Positions 37,290 through 45,491 of a stretch of DNA of 56,466 bases are shown here, in pieces. Below the pieces are notes generated by a model. That model did not search any database, was not told where the DNA came from, and saw only the letters and a list, made by a program, of their open reading frames with translations. The stretch spans positions 1 through 56,466 of the forward strand of contig JACQDK010000005.1 of assembly GCA_016201135.1 (NCBI GenBank), read 5' to 3'. Within the stretch, counting starts at the first letter, position 1. The number at the start of each line of letters is the position of its first letter. Made by a program: the position numbers and the translations under genes. This stretch comes from Actinomycetota bacterium (lineage in GTDB: Bacteria > Actinomycetota > UBA4738 > HRBIN12).

Positions 37290-39143
37290 GTGGACCTTCA
37301 CCTGCTGAGCGCGGCGCCCACGGAGGAGGAACGCGCCGCCGTGGACGATCTCCTCGGTCCTCCGGAGTCCGGATGGGTGGGGGGAGAGCGCGACGCGTCG
37401 GTCGAGACCCGGGTGGCAAGGGGGGGCCGCCAGGCGAGAGAGCGGCGACACCTCTTGCTGCCCGCGCTCCACGCCCTGCAGGCGAGGGTCGGGTGGATCA
37501 GCGAGGGCGGGCTCGGCTACGTCTGCCGGCGGCTGACCGTGCCCCCGGCCGAGGCCTACGGCGTGGCGACGTTCTACGCGATGTTCAGCATCGAGCCGCG
37601 CCCGAAGACCGTCGTGCACGTCTGCGACGACCTCGCGTGCCGGGTGGCCGGTGCGGAGGCGCTCATCGAGGGCGTCCTTCGCGAGGTGGGTTCCGAGGGC
37701 GCGAGCCAGATCCTGCGGAGCCCCTGCCTCGGACTCTGCGAGCGGGCGCCGGCCGGCCTCGTGCAGAGCGCCGGCGAACGCCCGAGCGACATCGCCATCG
37801 GCCCGCTGTCGTCGGGGTCCTTCGAGCCGCTCCTGCGCAGCGGCCCCTGGCCGGCGATGGCCGGCCCCGATCCGGCGATCGCAGCGCCCCAGACCGCCGG
37901 CCAGCGCGGAGGTCTCCGCCTGCTGCGAAGGATCGGGGTCGTGGATCCGGGGTCGCTCGAGGACTATCGCGGGAACGGCGGCTACGAGGCCCTGCGCAGG
38001 GCCTTCGAGCTCGGGCCCGAGGGCACCGTCCGCGAGGTCACCGACTCGAAGCTCCTCGGGCGCGGCGGGGCCGCGTTCCCGACCGGCGTCAAGTGGAAGG
38101 CCGTGGCGGAGCAGCCGGTCCGACCGCACTACTTCGTCTGCAACGCCGACGAGTCAGAGCCCGGCACGTTCAAGGATCGCGTCATCATGGAGCACGACCC
38201 GTTCGCCGTGATCGAGGCCCTCACGATCGCGGGCTTCGCGACCGGCTCGGAGAAGGGCTACGTCTACATAAGGGGTGAGTACCCGCTGGCCACCGCTCGT
38301 CTCGAGCACGCGATCGTCGAGGCTCGCCGCCACGGGTTCCTGGGCGAGGATGTGATGGGTCACGGCTCGCGGTTCGACGTAGAGCTGCGCCGCGGCGCCG
38401 GCGCTTACATCTGCGGCGAGGAGACGGCGCTCTTCAACTCCATCGAGGGCAGGCGCGGCGAGCCACGCAACAAGCCGCCCTTCCCCGTTACGCACGGAGT
38501 CTTCGGCAAGCCCACGGGCATCAACAACGTCGAGACGTTGATCAACGTGCTCGAGGTTCTCCGGATGGGCGGATCCGAGTACGCGAAGATCGGCACCGAG
38601 ACCTCGACGGGACCTCGCCTCTTCTGCGTGAGCGGCACGGTGGCGCGCCCCGGCCTCTACGAGGTCGAGTTCGGCGCGACCCTCCGCGACGTGCTCGATC
38701 TGGCAGGAGGAGCGCCGGCTTCGCTGAAGGCGGTCTTGCTCGGCGGTGCGGCCGGCGGCTTCGTGGGTCCCGGGGAGCTCGACATCAAGCTCACGTTCGA
38801 GGACTCCCGCGCCGGCGGATACACCCTTGGCTCCGGCGTGGTGATGGCGTTCGACGGCTCCGTCGACCTGGTCGACATCGTCCTTCGGATAGCCGCTTTC
38901 TTCCGCGACGAGTCCTGCGGGCAGTGCGTGCCGTGTCGGGTGGGCACGGTGCGTCAGGAGGAGGCGCTGCACCGGCTCGTGTCGGGACGATCCATCGGCT
39001 CGAACGATGACGAGCTGCGGCTCCTGTCCGAGATCGCGCAGGTGATGCGCGACGCCTCGATCTGCGGGCTCGGCCAGACCGCCGCGAGCGCCGTGCAGTC
39101 GGCTCTCTCGCGGCTCCACCTCTTCGACGGAGGAACCGCATGA
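37290..39143 (+). CDS. NAD-reducing diaphorase subunit of FDH (NuoE-NuoF / FdsG-FdsB fusion)
   Basis: LLPALHALQ...VATFY..VCDDLAC...CLGLC (2Fe-2S); GRGGAAFPTG, NADESEPG, GAYICGEET, ESCGQCVPCRVG...ICGLG. Confidence 0.9.
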   Translation: MDLHLLSAAPTEEERAAVDDLLGPPESGWVGGERDASVETRVARGGRQARERRHLLLPALHALQARVGWISEGGLGYVCRRLTVPPAEAYGVATFYAMFSIEPRPKTVVHVCDDLACRVAGAEALIEGVLREVGSEGASQILRSPCLGLCERAPAGLVQSAGERPSDIAIGPLSSGSFEPLLRSGPWPAMAGPDPAIAAPQTAGQRGGLRLLRRIGVVDPGSLEDYRGNGGYEALRRAFELGPEGTVREVTDSKLLGRGGAAFPTGVKWKAVAEQPVRPHYFVCNADESEPGTFKDRVIMEHDPFAVIEALTIAGFATGSEKGYVYIRGEYPLATARLEHAIVEARRHGFLGEDVMGHGSRFDVELRRGAGAYICGEETALFNSIEGRRGEPRNKPPFPVTHGVFGKPTGINNVETLINVLEVLRMGGSEYAKIGTETSTGPRLFCVSGTVARPGLYEVEFGATLRDVLDLAGGAPASLKAVLLGGAAGGFVGPGELDIKLTFEDSRAGGYTLGSGVVMAFDGSVDLVDIVLRIAAFFRDESCGQCVPCRVGTVRQEEALHRLVSGRSIGSNDDELRLLSEIAQVMRDASICGLGQTAASAVQSALSRLHLFDGGTA

Positions 39144-40090
39144 GCCAGGTGATGCTCGATCCGCCCAGGCGCCTGATCGACCTGGAGGTCGATGGCAAAC
39201 CCGTCCGCGTGCCGGAAGGCTCGACGATCCTGGACGCCTGCCGGGCCGAGCGGATCGACACGCCGACCCTCTGCTACGCCGACAACCTGACCCCGGTGAA
39301 CGCCTGCCGCGTGTGCGTGGTCGAGGTCGAGGGCTCCCGCACCCTGGTGCCGGCGTGCTCGCGACCCGCCGAGCCGGGCATGAAGATCAGCACCGACACG
39401 GAGCGGGTCCGCCATTCGCGACGGCTCGTGATGGAGTTCCTTGGATCGTCCGTGGACACGTCGCTCGGCTCGCCCGACTGGCATCGCTGGCAGGATGAGT
39501 ACGAGGCACATCCCGAGCGGTTCGGCGCGGCGATGCCACAGCTCCAGGCGGGGGAGCGTGACTCGCGGGCCCCAGGGCATCACCACGAGCCCCAGGATCC
39601 CGCCGTCGCCGAGTCCGTCGCGCAGCCCGTGAAGATCGACAACGAGCTGTACGTGCGCGACTACTCGCGGTGCGTGCTCTGCTACAAGTGCGTCGAGGCC
39701 TGCGGCGTGGACGCGCAGAACACGTTCGCGATCGCCGTGGCGGGCCGAGGCTTCGACGCGCGCATCTCAACCGAGTTCGCCGTCCCGCTGAGCGAGTCGG
39801 CCTGCGTGTACTGCGGCAACTGCATCGGAGTGTGCCCGACCGGAGCGCTGATGTTCACGAGCGAGCACGACATGCGCGAGGCCGGGACGTGGGACGAGTC
39901 GCGGCAGCAGGTCGTCGAGACGATCTGCCCCTACTGCGGGGTCGGGTGCGACCTCGAGCTGCACGTTCAGGACAACGAGATCGTCAAGGTCACATCCCCC
40001 TGGGACAACTACGTGACCAGCGGGCACCTGTGCGTGAAGGGGCGGTTCGGTTTCAGCTTCGTGCAGCAGCGCGGACCAGGCGGAGGCTAG
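39140..40090 (+). CDS. FDH iron-sulfur subunit (NuoG/FdsA N-terminal 2Fe-2S + 4Fe-4S, plus the Mo-proximal 4Fe-4S domain)
   Basis: PTLC...CRVC..C; CVLCYKC; CVYCGNCIGVCPTGAL; C-terminal TICPYCGVGC...LCVKGRFG. Confidence 0.9.
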   Translation: MSQVMLDPPRRLIDLEVDGKPVRVPEGSTILDACRAERIDTPTLCYADNLTPVNACRVCVVEVEGSRTLVPACSRPAEPGMKISTDTERVRHSRRLVMEFLGSSVDTSLGSPDWHRWQDEYEAHPERFGAAMPQLQAGERDSRAPGHHHEPQDPAVAESVAQPVKIDNELYVRDYSRCVLCYKCVEACGVDAQNTFAIAVAGRGFDARISTEFAVPLSESACVYCGNCIGVCPTGALMFTSEHDMREAGTWDESRQQVVETICPYCGVGCDLELHVQDNEIVKVTSPWDNYVTSGHLCVKGRFGFSFVQQRGPGGG

Positions 40091-40112
40091 CGTCGTTCGC
40101 GCGACCGGGATC

Positions 40113-40685
40113 GTGCTGGCGGGAGGGCGTTCGGCGCGGTTCGGTTCGAACAAGCTCGAGGCCGTGTTACGCGGCATGCCGTTGCTGCACCACGCCGTCC
40201 TGCGCGCCGCAGAGGTGTGTCACGAGGTCGTAGTCGTGGTGGCTCCGGGAGCTCCGGAGCCGTCGCTGCCGCCGGGGGTAGCCGCGACCGTCGTCCGCGA
40301 CGCCACCGAGGGGGAGGGCCCTGTGGCCGGACTCATGGCAGGTCTGCTCGCGGCCGCCGGGGACGATCTGGCCCTGGTCGCCGGAGGTGACATGCCCGAC
40401 CTTCAGATCGCGGTGCTGCTGGAGATGCTGCGCGTGGCCGAGGGAGTGCCCGTCGAGGCCGTGGCCCTCCAGGACGGGGATCGCTTCCGGCCTCTCCCGT
40501 GCGTCGTCCGGACCGGCCCCGCTGCCGAAGCAGCGCACTTCCTGCTGCACGCCGGCCGCCGGCGCCTGCGCGACGTGCTCGGATCCCTCCGGCTCGCCGT
40601 GATCGACGAGCCGACCTGGACGGGCCTGGATCCGGAGCGGCGCACCCTCTTCGACGTGGACGAGCCGGCAGACCTCGGCTCGTGA
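40113..40685 (+). CDS. mobA: Molybdenum cofactor guanylyltransferase
   Basis: (ATGI)VLAGGRSARFGSNK, GEGPVAG, GGDMP, FDVDEPADL; the true start is uncertain. Confidence 0.85.
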   Translation: MLAGGRSARFGSNKLEAVLRGMPLLHHAVLRAAEVCHEVVVVVAPGAPEPSLPPGVAATVVRDATEGEGPVAGLMAGLLAAAGDDLALVAGGDMPDLQIAVLLEMLRVAEGVPVEAVALQDGDRFRPLPCVVRTGPAAEAAHFLLHAGRRRLRDVLGSLRLAVIDEPTWTGLDPERRTLFDVDEPADLGS

Positions 40686-40780
40686 AGCGCGGGCCGGAAG
40701 GCTTGACCATGGCATAACCCGGCGTTGGGGGGTCCATGGCCCCCTCCCTCCTACGGTGGCGGCACAGGAGGAAAGGGGAG

Positions 40781-41356
40781 ATGCAGATGGACGGATACTC
40801 GATCCGAAAGGCGATGCGGGTGGGGACGCTCGCGACGGCGAGCCTTCTGGCCACCTTCATGGCGCGTCCGCCCATGGCGGTGGCTGGAACGGTGCCAACG
40901 TGCCAGGGGCAGGCAGCGACGATCGTGGGCACCGCCGGCGCGGATCACCTGGTGGGCACGTCGGGACACGACGTGATCGTGGGCCTCGGGGGCAACGACC
41001 TGATCCAAGGTCGCGGCGGGAACGACACGATCTGCGGCGGCGGGGGCTCGGACACGATCTCGGGCGGCAGCGGTCGTGACACGATCTCCGGCGGCTCGGG
41101 GAGCGACTCGATCTCCGGGAACGACGGAGCCGACACGATCTCCGGCGGCTCGGGCGACGACACGCTCGATGGCAACGCCGGAAACGACTCGATCTCCGGG
41201 AACGACGGAGCCGACACGATCTCCGGCGGCTCGGGCGACGACACGCTCGAGGGCAACGCCGGCAGCGACAGCCTCGACGGCGGCACCGGCGTGGACGTCG
41301 AGAGCGGGGGTTCGGGCTCTGACAGCTGCGATGGGAGCACTTGCACCGACGGCTAG
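40781..41356 (+). CDS. Secreted Ca-binding protein with RTX/hemolysin-type GGxGxD nonapeptide repeats
   Basis: Signal-like N-terminus, TCQGQAATIVGT, about a dozen GGxGxD-type repeats, C-terminal Cys pair. Confidence 0.85.
   Translation: MQMDGYSIRKAMRVGTLATASLLATFMARPPMAVAGTVPTCQGQAATIVGTAGADHLVGTSGHDVIVGLGGNDLIQGRGGNDTICGGGGSDTISGGSGRDTISGGSGSDSISGNDGADTISGGSGDDTLDGNAGNDSISGNDGADTISGGSGDDTLEGNAGSDSLDGGTGVDVESGGSGSDSCDGSTCTDG
41104..41265 (+). repeat. 81-bp near-perfect tandem duplication within the RTX gene
   Basis: CGACTCGATCTCCGGGAACGACGGAGCCGACACGATCTCCGGCGGCTCGGGCGACGACACGCTCGA at 41104 and again at 41185. Confidence 0.85.
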
Positions 41357-41385
41357 CAGGGGCATCCGGTACCTCGAGCGACAAG

Positions 41386-41423
41386 GCCGAAAGGGACCCG
41401 GCGAGATCGCCGGGTCCTTCGGC
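41386..41423 (+). terminator. Hairpin after the RTX gene
   Basis: GGACCCGGCG-AGAT-CGCCGGGTCC core with extended GCCGAA/TTCGGC pairing; no U-tract. Confidence 0.6.
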
Positions 41424-41526
41424 GTTCGCGGCCGGCGTTCGCGGCCGGCGTTCGCGGCCGGCGTTCGCGGCCGGCGTTCGCGGCAGGTCGGCGGCCGGCA
41501 GGTCGGCGGCCGGCAGGTCGGCGGCC
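41421..41526. repeat. Compound minisatellite: (GGCGTTCGCGGCC)x4.7 followed by (GGCAGGTCGGCGGCC)x3
   Basis: Read directly: 13-mers at 41421, 41434, 41447, 41460 and 41473 (partial); 15-mers at 41482, 41497, 41512. Confidence 0.9.
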
Positions 41527-41628
41527 GGGCCTGGTGCCGTCCCGCCGACTTGGGGGTAGGCTCCGGGTCGAAGAGCGAGCCGGCCTCCGCCGCTCGCGGA
41601 TCACACCTCTCCCGGAAAGGATCTGACG

Positions 41629-42939
41629 ATGCCCCGCCGCGTGCTGATCATGGGAGCCGCGGGCCGCGACTTCCACAACTTCAACACCGTCTACCGCGAC
41701 GACCAGCGCTACGAGGTGGTGGCCTTCACCGCGACCCAGATCCCGTTCATCAACGACCGCACCTATCCGCGCGAGCTGGCCGGCCCACGGTACCCTGCCG
41801 GCGTCCCGATCCACGACGAGAGCGAGCTCTCCCGGCTGATACGCGAGCTCCACGTCGACGACGTCGTCTTCGCCTACTCTGACGTCTCCCACGAGCACGT
41901 CATGCACAAGGCCAGCCAGGCGCTCGCCGCCGGCGCGAACTTCTTGCTGCTGGGGCCGACCGAGACGATGCTCAAGGCGAAGGTCCCCGTGGTGGCCGTG
42001 TGCGCCGTCCGCACCGGTTCCGGCAAGAGCCAGACAACCCGCGCGATAGCCGGCACGCTGAAGGACGCCGGGAAGAAGGTCGTGGCGGTGCGTCATCCCA
42101 TGCCCTACGGGGACCTGGTGGCCCAGCGCGTGCAGCGGTACGGGACGATCGAGGATCTCGAGCTGAACCACACCACGATCGAGGAGCGCGAGGAGTACGA
42201 GCCGCACATCACCTCGGGCACGGTGATCTACGCGGGGGTGGACTACGGCGACATCCTCGCGCGGGCCCAGGAGGAGTGCGACGTCTTGCTATGGGACGGT
42301 GGGAACAACGACCTCCCGTTCTACCGGCCGACCGTGCACGTCGTCGTGGCGGACCCGCTGCGGGTGGGCCACGAGACCAGGTACCACCCGGGCGAGGCGA
42401 ACCTCCGCATGGCCGACGCGATCGTGGTGAACAAGATGGACTCGGCCTCGAACGAGCAGGTGGAGGCGCTGCTCACCACGATCCGCGAGCTGAACCCCGA
42501 CGCCACGATCCTGAAGGCGAACAGCAGGGTCACGGTCGATGACCCCGGCGCCATCGCGGGCAAGCGCGTGCTGGTGATCGAGGACGGCCCCACGCTCACG
42601 CACGGCGACATGAAGTTCGGCGCCGGTGTGGTGGCCGCCCGCGCGAACGGCGCCTCCGAGATCGTCGACCCGCGGCCGTGGGCGGTCGGCACGATCGACG
42701 AGACCTTCCGCAAGTACGACGTCGGCCCGGTGCTGCCGGCGATGGGGTACTCGGCCGGTCAGCTCGCCGAGATGGAGAAGATCATCGAAACGGCTGAGGC
42801 GGACGTGGTCGTGATCGGGACGCCGATAGACCTCCGGCGCGTGATCGACATCAGGAAGCCGGCCGTCCGGGTCCGCTACGACCTTGACGTGCTGCCGGAC
42901 TCGCCGACGCTCCTAGACGTGCTGAAGCCGGTGCTGTAG
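41629..42939 (+). CDS. Cyclic 2,3-diphosphoglycerate synthetase-family P-loop protein (COG2403); probable arginine synthetase ArcE
   Basis: MGAAGRDFHNFN, AVRTGSGKS, RHPMPYG, IEEREEYE, WDGGNND, EDGPTLTHG, PAMGY; directly upstream of carbamate kinase. Confidence 0.8.
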   Translation: MPRRVLIMGAAGRDFHNFNTVYRDDQRYEVVAFTATQIPFINDRTYPRELAGPRYPAGVPIHDESELSRLIRELHVDDVVFAYSDVSHEHVMHKASQALAAGANFLLLGPTETMLKAKVPVVAVCAVRTGSGKSQTTRAIAGTLKDAGKKVVAVRHPMPYGDLVAQRVQRYGTIEDLELNHTTIEEREEYEPHITSGTVIYAGVDYGDILARAQEECDVLLWDGGNNDLPFYRPTVHVVVADPLRVGHETRYHPGEANLRMADAIVVNKMDSASNEQVEALLTTIRELNPDATILKANSRVTVDDPGAIAGKRVLVIEDGPTLTHGDMKFGAGVVAARANGASEIVDPRPWAVGTIDETFRKYDVGPVLPAMGYSAGQLAEMEKIIETAEADVVVIGTPIDLRRVIDIRKPAVRVRYDLDVLPDSPTLLDVLKPVL

Positions 42940-42960
42940 CCGGCGCTGAGGAGGACTCTC

Positions 42961-43902
42961 GTGGCGGAACGGGTGGTCGTCGCCCTAGGCGGGAACGCGT
43001 TGCTGCGGCGCGGGGCGCAGGACACCTTCGACGAGATGTACCGCGCCGCACGCCTGGCGGCCGAGCAGATCGCCGACATCGCCGCGGCCGGGTGGGAGGT
43101 CGTCGTCACGCACGGCAACGGCCCGCAGGTCGGCCGGATCCTCCTTCAGCAGGAGGCGGCGAAGGACGTCGTCAGCCCGATGCCACTCGACGTGTGCGGG
43201 GCGGAGAGCCAGGGACAGATCGGCTACCTGCTGCAGGTCACGATCGGCGACGTCTTCTTCGAGCGCGGGATGGAGCGCCCGGTCGTCACGATCCTCACGC
43301 TCACCCGCGTCCGCGCGAACGACCCCGCGTTCGAGAAGCCCACGAAGTTCGTCGGCCCCTACTACCGGGAGGACGAGGCGAGGGCGCTGGAGGCCGAGCG
43401 TGGGTACACGATGAAGCCGGATCCACACGGGGGTTGGCGTCGCGTGGTGCCGAGCCCAGCCCCGTATTCGATCGTGGAGACGCCGATCGTGAAGGGTCTG
43501 GTCGCGGACGGGGCGATCGTGATCGCCTCGGGCGGCGGCGGGGTGCCCGTGATCGAGGACGGCCCGCGCCTGGTGGGCAAGGAAGGGGTCGTCGACAAGG
43601 ACCTGGCCGCCGCGATCTTGGCGCGGGAGGTCGGAGCCGCGGTCCTTCTGATCCTCACCGATGTGAACAAGGTGCAGAAGGGATACGGAACGCTCATGCC
43701 CGAGGACATCGAGCGGATGAGCGTGGACGAGGCGGAGGCGCTGCTGGCGGCGGGCGAGTTCGGAACCGGCTCGATGGGACCCAAGATCCGGGCCGCCGTG
43801 GACTTCGTCCGAGGGGGAGGCCGGCGCGCGATCGTGGCAGATCTCGACGAGGGCCTCCAGGCGCTCTCCGGTGGAGCCGGGACGTTGATCCTTCCTGCCT
43901 GA
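42961..43902 (+). CDS. arcC: Carbamate kinase
   Basis: VVALGGNAL, THGNGPQVG, SQGQIGY, PTKFVGP, WRRVVPSP, GGGGVPV, DKDLA, GSMGPK. Confidence 0.95.
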   Translation: MAERVVVALGGNALLRRGAQDTFDEMYRAARLAAEQIADIAAAGWEVVVTHGNGPQVGRILLQQEAAKDVVSPMPLDVCGAESQGQIGYLLQVTIGDVFFERGMERPVVTILTLTRVRANDPAFEKPTKFVGPYYREDEARALEAERGYTMKPDPHGGWRRVVPSPAPYSIVETPIVKGLVADGAIVIASGGGGVPVIEDGPRLVGKEGVVDKDLAAAILAREVGAAVLLILTDVNKVQKGYGTLMPEDIERMSVDEAEALLAAGEFGTGSMGPKIRAAVDFVRGGGRRAIVADLDEGLQALSGGAGTLILPA

Positions 43903-44124
43903 AGTACCCTGCGCCGGCGCGCCTCCGGGCCACCTACAGCTTCCGCGGCTTCCGCGACGGGGTCGACGAGGTCGCTTCCACCCGAGGGGGCACCTGGGGC
44001 TCGCCCCCGCCGAACGGAGAGCTCACGTCCGGGAGGGCTCGCTGGCTTGTGCGAGGAGCCCCACACCTCGGACCGCCTGCTGGCCGCCGTCGACCTGCTG
44101 ATCGGGGACGCCGAGCGGTGAGGC

Positions 44125-44253
44125 CTACCGGCGGGCGGGGTTCCGGAAGAGCTGCAGGAGCATGAGGATCGCGAACACGCTCACCGCTCCGACGAGCGAG
44201 GCGAGCAGGCCCGCGAAGAAGATCTCCAGGATCCCCCAGTGGATCGCCAGCAC
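44125..44253 (-). CDS. Small single-TM protein (42 aa)
   Basis: Hand-translated: GGAGG-N4-GTG, MLAIHWGILEIFFAGLLASLVGAVSVFAILMLLQLFRNPARR*; GC3-rich codons. Confidence 0.65.
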   Translation of the reverse strand: MLAIHWGILEIFFAGLLASLVGAVSVFAILMLLQLFRNPARR

Positions 44254-44410
44254 CGTGCCTCCGTCTTGGTTGGCTGCCGTCCCATGCTACCGGAGGCCGC
44301 CTCGAGGACGCCGATGCCGGGCCCTGCCACCTGGGCTCCCGGAGGATCGGACGCGCGAGCGCGCTCGGATGGTCCGCCGGCGCCCGGGGGTCCGGTAGGG
44401 TGGACGGCGG

Positions 44411-45433
44411 ATGCGGATCGGAGTGCTCACCGGCGGCGGCGACTGCCCCGGCCTGAACGCGGTCATCCGGGCGATCGTGCGGAAGGCCGTTGGGACCTAC
44501 GGCGCCGAGGTCATCGGGTTCCGCGACGGCTGGCAGGGCGTCATGGAGGGGGAAGTCGAGGAGCTCACGGTCGCGACCGTTCACGGGATCTTGCACCGGG
44601 GCGGCACGATCCTCGGCAGCTCCGGCGCCAACCCTTACCACGAGGGCGGGATCGACCGCGTCCGGCAGACGTACCGAGACCTCGCGATCGACGGCCTGAT
44701 CGCGATCGGCGGGGAGGGGACCCTCGGCGCGGCCGCGCACATGGCGGCCGAGGGCCTGGCCGTGATCGGCGTCCCCAAGACGATCGACAACGACATCCCC
44801 GGCACGGATCGGTGCGTCGGGTTCCACACGGCGGTCCAGGTCGCGACGGATGCGATCGACCGCCTGCACAGCACCGCGGAATCTCACAACCGCCTGATGC
44901 TGGTGGAGGTGATGGGCCGCAGCTCCGGGTGGATAGCCCTGCACGCCGGCCTGGCCGGCGGCGCCGACATGATCCTCGTGCCCGAGCGTCCGTTCGATCT
45001 CGAGCAGGTCTGCCGACACGTGCGGAGCCGGCAGCTCCGGGGCCACCGTTTCTCGATCGTGGTCGTGGCCGAGGGCGCGACGCCGGTCCCCGGGTCGTTC
45101 GAGGTGCCTTCCTACGGCGTCGATGAGCGAGGCTTCCCGCGCTACGGAGGGATCGCGCACGCTCTTGCTCCGGAGATCGCGGCGCGCACAGGATTCGAGA
45201 CGCGCGTGACCGTGCTCGGGCACGTCCAGCGCGGGGGGACGCCGACGGCCGAGGACCGCGTCCTCGCGACCCGGTTCGGAGTGGCCGCCGTCGACCTGGC
45301 CGCCCGGGACCGATGGGGGAGGATGGTCGCGATACGGGGGGGCGAGATCACGGGCGCCGCGCTCGGCGACGCGCTCGCGGGGGCGGCCTCGATCCCCGAC
45401 GATCTCTACGAGGTGGCCGAGGTGTTCTTCTGA
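44411..45433 (+). CDS. pfkA: 6-phosphofructokinase, group III, ATP-type signature
   Basis: [21 protein letters not shown] (Gly104), PKTIDND, EVMGR, GHVQRGG. Confidence 0.9.
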   Translation: MRIGVLTGGGDCPGLNAVIRAIVRKAVGTYGAEVIGFRDGWQGVMEGEVEELTVATVHGILHRGGTILGSSGANPYHEGGIDRVRQTYRDLAIDGLIAIGGEGTLGAAAHMAAEGLAVIGVPKTIDNDIPGTDRCVGFHTAVQVATDAIDRLHSTAESHNRLMLVEVMGRSSGWIALHAGLAGGADMILVPERPFDLEQVCRHVRSRQLRGHRFSIVVVAEGATPVPGSFEVPSYGVDERGFPRYGGIAHALAPEIAARTGFETRVTVLGHVQRGGTPTAEDRVLATRFGVAAVDLAARDRWGRMVAIRGGEITGAALGDALAGAASIPDDLYEVAEVFF

Positions 45434-45491
45434 GAGGCGCCGTTCGGCCCCATGCCTCGAGGCCCCAGGCAGTTGGGCACAGGAGGAAGCG

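Noticed and set aside
40781-41356. RTX toxin or type I secretion system
   Set aside because: No toxin domain and no HlyB/HlyD/TolC genes; the protein has an N-terminal signal peptide instead.
41421-41526. Possible CRISPR array
   Set aside because: Units are 13-15 bp and directly abutting, with no spacers and no cas genes.
43903-44120. Possible gene remnant or ncRNA after arcC
   Set aside because: Only short GC hairpins and a start-less frame; nothing recognisable.
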